A stretch of 64,000 bases of DNA from Azolla caroliniana. Taxonomy: Eukaryota > Plantae > Polypodiophyta. Within the stretch, counting starts at the first letter, position 1, and every line of letters begins with the position of its first letter. Location of the stretch: contig JBHGNT010000014.1 in NCBI GenBank assembly GCA_043228905.1, positions 1,674,001 through 1,738,000 of the forward strand, read 5' to 3'. A program made the position numbers and the translations under genes. The notes beneath the pieces are model-generated. The model was not told the origin of the DNA. It was given only the letters and a program-made list of their open reading frames with translations, and made no database searches. This document shows positions 56,601 to 64,000 of this stretch, piece after piece.

Positions 56601-59137
56601 CAAGAGATAGAGGATGAAGATCATCTTATGCGCATGTTCGAAGAAAGTCCGATCACGACCCGACTGAGCGGACCACAAGAGCCTTTGAGCGATCAAAGCA
56701 CATCACGGCCTAGCCCGAAGATGGACAAAGGCAAGGCGAAAATGGCGAAATATGAAGACGATCGCTTCGACGACGATGAATCGACTCACTCACTCGACAG
56801 TGAATTCGGTGGTTTCGAGGTACCAATCAGAGCCAAGAAAGCCCTCAACTCTGCAAATGAAAAGCTCTGCCGATCCACTCGTGAAAAGAACCCCGTAAGC
56901 TGATTCGGCTACAACGATTACATGGCGTACCATTACGCCTTTATGATGAAGGTAGCGACAGTACGGGAGCCGGAAACCTTTTCGGAAGCCGCGAAGGACC
57001 CGCGATGGATCGAAGCAATGAACGAGGAGATGCAGGCACTACGGAAGAACGAGATGTGGGATCTCGTTCCCACCTCACCACACAAAAAGGCGATCGGATG
57101 CAAATGGATCTACAAGGTGAAGTATAACGCCGATGGCTCCGTAAACCGCTACAAAGCTCGACTCGTAGTGAAAGGATACGCTCAGACGCATGGTGTGGAC
57201 TACGAAGAGACCTTTGCCCCGGTGGCAAAGATGACAACGGTACGGACCGTAATTGCGATTGCCGCGGCGAAAGGGTGGCACCTCCACCAAATGGACGTCA
57301 AGAACGCCTTTCTACAAGGCGAATTAGAAGAGGAGGTGTACATGATCCAACCACCCGGCTTTAACTCGAGCACTTATCCAAAAGTCGTATGCCGACTCAA
57401 GAAGCCACTCTACGGCCTCAAGCAAGCACCGCGTGCTTGGCATTCGAAGATAACGCAATATCTTCATCAAATCGGCTTCCGTATGTCAAAATCGGACAAC
57501 TCCCTCTACATACGAAGCGATTCCGCAAGTCCGATCATCATCATCTTATATGTGGATGACCTAGTCATTGGAGGTGAGCATCTCGTCGAAATCACTAAGG
57601 TCAAATCCCTCCTTTCCGACAAGTTCGAGATGACGGACATGAAGGAGCTCCACTACTTCCTCGGCATCGAGGTAATTCGGACTCCGGCCGGAATCATGAT
57701 CTCTCAACGGCACTACATCCTCAACTTGTTATACAAGTTTGGGATGGTCCGTGGGAACCCCGCTCGATCGTAATCTCAAACTAGATGCGAACTCCGGCAC
57801 CAAAGCGTGTGAGCCGACTCAGTATCAGCAACTCATCGGGAGTCTCATCTACCTCACGATCACACAACCCGATCTCAGTTATCCGGTCGGTCTCCTTAGC
57901 CAATTCATGCAAACACTGCGTGATACTCACTTGGATTGCGCTAAGTGAGTTCTACGCTACGTGAGCGGCACAATGGATTGTGGCATCCTCTACAAGACCG
58001 CGATGTCGATACGACTCGAGGGGTACACAGACACCGATTGGGCCGGCTACAAAGCTGATAAAAGATCAACCTCCGGATTTGTTTTCTCCCTCGGCAGCGG
58101 AGCAATATCCTGGAGTAGCAAGAAGCAGCCTACCGTCGCTCTTTCGAGTACGGAGGCGGAATACAGGGGCGCAACCGTAGCTGCGTGTGAAGCCGTATGG
58201 CTCAAGAGGATTTTGAAGGATCTGGGCGTACCCATCAAGGATCCGACTTCCCTTTACTGCGACAACATGAGCAATATCTATCTGGCTCGGAACCCGGTGT
58301 TCCACGCGCAGACAAAGCACATCGAAGTGCACTATCACTTCATCCGAGAGCGCGTTCTGGCTGGTGATGTCGACCTACAACACATAAGCACCAATCTTCA
58401 AACGGCCAACATCTTCACTAAAGCCTTAGGAGCCGACAAGCTATGGCAATTCATGACCGATCTCGGATTGACGATCCCTGACCTGCCAAGCTTGAGGGGG
58501 AGTACTGAAGATACTGCGCAATAACGCGTAGATTCCGCAACCACGCAACGTAGCAGCAAAGAGCCGATCTACCACGCAAAGCCGCGAAGAAAGACGCAAG
58601 CCGAAGCACAAACTTCGTAACTACGCACAACGCAAGTTGGAGCACGGATTCCGCAACTCCGCATAAAGCGAGTCGACCCGAGTCAACGTGGACTCCCGAA
58701 CGTGAATTGAAGCGGATACCGTCTGAAACCGACCCGACTTGAGCTTGAGGGGGCGTGTTGAGAATCAAGCTCAACTTGGTCTAGTGTGTGAACTCACCTT
58801 GAGAGTGAAGAGACACCTCAACGGTCAAGAGTCACCATTATGTCACCACTTTGTATTCTAGCATTTAGTATGAGTCATAGAATCATATTCTATGACACAT
58901 AACTTATGAGCTTTCACATTCCCCATGCTCCATGAGCCTTGTAGTTAATGAAGAGAGAGGGTGACTACATAAATCACCCTCCTCCCACCTTGTATAATGT
59001 TGAGTCTTTCTCCTTTGCTAAAATACTTAACCTTGCGTATACTCTGTGTGTGTGTCTCTCTCTCTATCTCATACACACATACACACACAGTTCACACCTA
59101 TTCCACTTCACAAGAATCCATCTCTTGATTCTTTACA
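53696..59137 (+). mobile_element. Element J: Copia (Bryco-like), young
   Basis: LTRs 53696-54075 and 58756-59137; perfect TSD CCTAT; PBS 54076-54087; PPT GAGGGGGCG. Confidence 0.96.
54235..58524 (+). pseudogene. gag-pol of J
   Basis: CGYCGKLGHHEDEC, RSDGGKEY, LYVDDLVIG, YCDNMSNI; frameshifts near 55760 and 57750 and several stops. Confidence 0.93.
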
Positions 59138-59142
59138 CCTAT

Positions 59143-61078
59143 AAAGTCTTGCAATGCCTTTGATCCATGTCTCTTGAAAGCCGAGTTTCCCCATCACACT
59201 TTCTAGAAAGTTCCAGCATACCCTGTCATATGCTTTCTCAAAATCTAGTAGCACCACCGCTATCTTGTTGTTGGTACGCTTGGCAAGGGCTACTGCTTCT
59301 CAGAATGAGAAGAGGTTGTCTAGGATGCTCCGATTTCTAACGAAACCTGTCTAGGACGGATGAATGAGTTGAGGGAGAAGTGGTGTTAAACAGTGTGCCA
59401 CAATTTTTGCGAGCAACTTATAGACAGTATTGAGAAGAGTTATGGGCCGCCACTTGCTAATGTCGTTGGCACTCCCACCACTTTTAGGAATGAGATGTAT
59501 CATCCCCTATCCAAATTCCTCCGGCATATTTCCAAAGGTAATGATCTCCTCATATGCCTGGAGGAGGTCTTCTTTAATAGTGTCCCAAAGGCATGTGAAA
59601 AAGTGAGGGGTGAGGCCGTCGATTCCGAGGCAACTATCTGCATCCAAATCAGAGAGGGCCTCCCATATCTCGGTGATTGATAGGGGACGCACGAGCCATC
59701 TATTCATTTCCGTTGTTACTTTCTCGGGTATGCTTTGGAGGATAATATCTTCTCTTATGTCTTCCCTTGTGGCCATAGTATCTTCGATAAGTAGGCGTTT
59801 ATAGTAACTTGTGGCAATATTCCTCATTTCGTCACCATCCTCAGTGGTCGTTCCATCCTCTTGGTTGAGGCTGCGCATCATCGTTCTAGCGTGCCTTGGG
59901 CCTTTGGAGCGGAAGAATTCCTTTGTGATTTTGTCCCCTACTCAAATCCATCGCGTCATGCTTCCATGAAACTCCATGTCATATATTTCCTTTTCCGCCA
60001 TGTTGAGTTCATGTTTGGCCATGGCAACTTGTCCTGCGATCCAATTGCATGACGGGTATCTCTGTTGGAGTCGTTGTAAGGCTATTATTCTCCGTTTTGT
60101 CCTCTGTCGCTTTTCTTGAGCCTCCTTGCTTCTGGTCTTGACAATCTCATGTAGGAGAGTTGAGGCTCTTGTTAATTTAGCTAGAAGTTTGTCAGATGCT
60201 GATGAGTCATTGACGGGTAATGAACATTGGTTGGAGAGTTGTTCCTTCACCTCTATAACTGTGTAAATAGTGTGTGGGATGCGAGGCTAGAATGGGCCCT
60301 ATTTTCGGTGCAATTGAAAATGACCAACTATCGGGTAATGGTCAAACAAAGTCGTGCCTGGAGTTATGCGACACCACCCTCCCTTCGCTTTTAGAGCCTC
60401 ACCCACATAAATGCGGTCAATGCGAGATAGGGTGGGTCCACTATTCCGCCCGTCTGATCGGGAGAATAAGAGAGAATCCCTTTTTCGTTGGAAGTTGTCA
60501 GAATGCCAGATGTCTCGCAGGTTAAGGTGTACACATAACTTCTCCCATTGTTTACGTTCCCTTCCTTGTAGAACTATGGGGTTATTGTTGGAGCTATCGT
60601 GAATGGATTCGATCATATTAAAATCCCCTCCAATGCACCACTTTTCCGCACCTGCTACCTGGAGGCGGATGCGTTCCTAGAATGTTTCCCTTTCTGTTCT
60701 GCTATTTGGAGCATAAACATTCATGAAATTCCAACGTTGCCCTTGGATGACCAACGTGCAAAAATGTGCCCTACTAGGTATAAGTGATTCCTGGTGTATT
60801 AAGCCTTGGGCTAGATGTTCCCGAATCAAAGTGCAAATACCACCATGTTTTCCATCCTCCCCTATTATTGGCTCCCAAATTGCTCGCCATGATCCTGGTA
60901 GAAGGTCTCTGACGTCCTTTGACTGTGTGCTATCGAGGTGGTGTTCCTGCAACATGATGATGTCAGCAACACTCCCTAATAAATATTCCTCAAGATCACT
61001 TCTCAGTTTCCATTTGTTTTGCTAGTCTAATCGACTTCTGAGCCCTTGCACGTTCCATGTTACAATCTTCATACTCAT
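59143..61078 (-). pseudogene. LINE ORF2 endonuclease and RT N-part
   Basis: MSMKIVTWNVQGL, NVYAPN, WRPITLLNTVYK, DFEKAYD. Confidence 0.9.
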
Positions 61079-61242
61079 GGAATGGGGTGGGAGATTGCCA
61101 ATTGTTCCTGGTGCTTTGCACAACAGGTTGTGAGTGGGGAGCACTCACCATTTAGACATCGAGTCATTTCCAGGGATGGAATGTTGGTCCAAATCCAAGA
61201 GTGGAGTTTGTGGGCTCTCCGGTGAGCTTCAATAGTCCCTTC

Positions 61243-61593
61243 CTACTTCTCATAGAAATAGAAGAAATCTGGAGTTAGTTGGGTGTCTATGATAGTCCGC
61301 AGGTGGATGTGGCAGAGATGAGGTTCCACTACATCCATGGTGCACCAGAATTCTGTGTTATTCAAGTGCTTCTTTAGTTCGTTCATGAGGGCTTCATCTC
61401 TTATTTTTGTGACAAGACAGGCTGCTTGACTGCATAGGGTATCTTTGATCTTGGACTTGGACCAGTCCTCTTGTGCTGGAAGCAAGAGTGGAAAAGAAAT
61501 TGAGGTCGTCAATATTCCATTCTTGTGTACCGCCGATACATGTACCCTTATTTTGTCCGTTGTCGTATGCCCTATACCTAGCCATTTCAGGGC
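61243..61593 (-). pseudogene. Probable C-terminal fragment of LINE ORF1
   Basis: Open frame upstream of ORF2, cut at the TSD; no motif recognised. Confidence 0.5.
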
Positions 61594-62965
61594 ATTTGAA
61601 TACAAAAATATTGTTCCATGCCTTAGAATATTAAAAAAATGTATTACTTAAAGTCGTAGAAAAAATATATCAATTCCTCAAATAACATAAGGACCATAAA
61701 TCACAATTGTAAACATGTATCAGACTAAATAATTCCACACATGTTAAGTATCATGCACAAAGGTCTGAGCTAAAGTGTACATATTCTTGTGGTTTTCATC
61801 CCTCATGAAATTAACAATCATATAATATACACGAGGGAATATCACCCACAAAGGATCTATGAGAAGTTTTCAATAAATCATGTAAGGGCAATCTATAAAC
61901 CTTTGCTCGTCCTAGTTTTGCATTCTAATTTCTAGCTCGAAATTGACTTAAAACATTCATTTCCGGCTAAGATTTTAATCCCTTCCTTTGTTGATTTATT
62001 CTTTGCTTGTTCCACCCGCTTTTCTAAAGGTGCAAATGAAGGTTATAAATTTGATGATATTCCTTGATGTTTCTAGTGTTTCCATATCTCGTTTTTATCT
62101 ATTTCTCTTTATCTTGATCCTAGCTCTTTATAAAAGTGAATATCATAAGTTGTTATTCAAACAAACTTCACCTACAAAATATACATACTAATGACTTGTT
62201 TGTTTAATAAATCATGCAAACAATGATTCATCTTTGACAATGTAAAACTGATATGTTACTACAATCTCTCATGACACTTGGATAGATGGTTTTCTGTGAA
62301 AATGAGACTATGCACATGTTAAGGGTTAGTGGAAGGCTATTTCCCAAATTGATGCCTTGTTTAAAAATAATAATAAATCATATAAAGTAAGGAATATGTT
62401 AGTCTTAAAGTATGTGATGTGCATAGTCATGCAACACCTAAAGGGCAATGTTTAGTATAGGAAGACATTTGTTGGGTTTATAGTGGTTTGGGTTCTATGT
62501 ATATTGTTTAAACGGCCCTTGTGCGAGGGTTGTCTTTGCAAATGTAAAGAATGTACATTGGGTAGAAGGGCTGAATAATATTTTGTGCATAAGAATGTGA
62601 ATATCTTAGATTAGGACTAGGAGGGTTGGCTTAGTTGTTAAGTCCCTTACAAGGCTGGGGTATAGAATTTATTCACCACCCCATCCTCAATTGTATGAAA
62701 AGGAAAATAGTTCATTCGTTGATATTAGGAAAGAGATGATTATTCAACTTGATGTTAGGAAATGAGTGGCTAGCTTGATGAAACCATGATTCTAAATGGG
62801 TAGCCATTAAGAGAGAAAACAAGCTTGCCTAGAATTTAGATTTAATATTTGAAAAGGAGAGACCCCACGACCAATCCTCAATTTTTAAATTAGTTGAAAG
62901 ACAAGGTTTACATGGGCAAAGACAAATACTATGTGAATATTGTATCACAAGAGTAGCCCTCACTT

Positions 62966-63311
62966 AAACATCGTTGCACGAATGACATGTCAAATATTAA
63001 CATGTTTAACGTATTCAAGTATAGTAATAATATTCGGTTCACGTCCTTTGTATATTTTAAGGTTTATAAAAAGCAATAATCCTCACTAAAATAGTTTGTA
63101 GTCTCCATTGTTTAAAGTGTTGGCATGATGCAACGCTTGATTCTAAAGTATCGTTGCATGATTGAAATGTGAAATATGTTAATGTATAGTAATATCATGT
63201 TCATGTTCGTGGCAATGATATATTTCGAGGTTTATAAAGGATAATTATCCTCACAAAAATAAGTCTTAGTCTCCATTGTTGAAAGTGTTCGCATGATGCA
63301 AAGCTTGATTT
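62966..63311. repeat. Degenerate tandem repeat, about 170-180 bp x2
   Basis: ATCGTTGCA...GTATAGTAATA...AGGTTTATAAA...TAGTCTCCATTGTT.AAAGTGTT.GCATGATGCAA.GCTTGATT occurs twice. Confidence 0.75.
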
Positions 63312-63673
63312 TTTTTCCATAAAAAGGAGCTACTTTCCCATTAGTTAGGAGAGATTTTTACAGAAAGACTATACAACGTGGCTTATATATAAATCAGGGA
63401 ATCACCCCTCGGCCGAGTTCAAGAATATGAGACTATGTACATATTCTCTCATACTTTCTACTTAATGTAAGTATAAACTAGTGACATTCATCACCGGCCA
63501 ACATGAGCTCGATCCTCTTGCCTTCAACGGAGGGAGGGTGGGAGGTGAGTAGGAAACAGCCAGCGTGGGGACCGGTAGTTCCACCTCGGTTCATTTCCTC
63601 CTTGCATCACCATTAGCATGTTCCTCCATTTCTACCAAGAGCATAAACAGGCAGTGACCATGTCATCGGAGTG
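63312..63673 (-). mobile_element. Short 5'-truncated LINE 3' end (362 bp)
   Basis: 17-bp TSD GATGCAAAGCTTGATTT (63295-63311 and 63674-63690), minus-strand oligo-A tail, and RWNYRSP resembling RWNYRVP of the large LINE. Confidence 0.85.
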
Positions 63674-64000
63674 GATGCAAAGCTTGATTTGAAATTAGGA
63701 GACAAAACAAACATGGTGAAATAAATATCAATGTAGACATGATGAAATGCTTGTTTCTAAACTAGAAGAAACATAAACATGGGGAAATGAATATTCACGT
63801 AAACACGATACAATTCCCGACAATTATAGAAAATAGAATGTAAGCATGGTAAATATATTAGCATGTTGTTGGTATGTAGTGCATAGGTTCTAAAACATAA
63901 TCACCCTCACAAAAACTCCTTTCGTTTTGATTCAGAGAAAGGGGTAACCGAAAAAATACAAAGGTTCATTTTCCCCAAGGGAGGGCAATCATACGCACAT

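Larger units (their letters stand above)
44243..61593 (-). mobile_element. L1-like LINE, 5'-truncated, split by G and J
   Basis: 13-bp TSD ATTTGAATACAAA (44230-44242 and 61594-61606); EN IVTWNVQGL, LQEHH, SRIDRIY; RT LLDFEKAYDRV, GCPLAP, KYLG; C-terminus LWILWKQW; A-rich/(TA)n tail. Confidence 0.92.

Noticed and set aside
61700-62900. Possible host or transposase exons in AT-rich DNA (also 43950-44200)
   Set aside because: No convincing ORF or motif; needs tBLASTx.

Overview
This window is almost entirely nested, decaying retrotransposons from a plant genome; the element types (Tcn1-type chromovirus, Bryco-like Copia) suggest a moss or other non-seed plant, which is an inference. No host protein-coding or RNA gene was found. 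Target-site duplications (TSDs) resolve two nests. Nest 1 (1-41217): a degraded chromovirus Gypsy (B) sits next to a Copia (A) that probably inserted into its gag. B carries an Athila-like Gypsy with an extra 3' ORF (C) and a Copia (E). C holds a non-autonomous element (D) and two solo LTRs; E holds a Tcn1-type Gypsy (H), a second Copia (F) and a solo LTR. Nest 2 (44243-61593): an L1-like LINE with a 13-bp TSD carries a Gypsy (G) and a Copia (J). Two systems stand out. (i) The G/D family has an 18-nt tRNA-Trp primer site, 4-bp RCGY TSDs, a DHG protease motif and a Gag-PR ORF ending at a G GAU UUU UAG -1 frameshift site before RT; D is a non-autonomous relative. (ii) The H LTR combines a self-priming PBS, a perfect heat-shock-element array and tRNA-spaced Pol III A/B-like boxes. 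Lineage names come from recalled motifs and were not searched.
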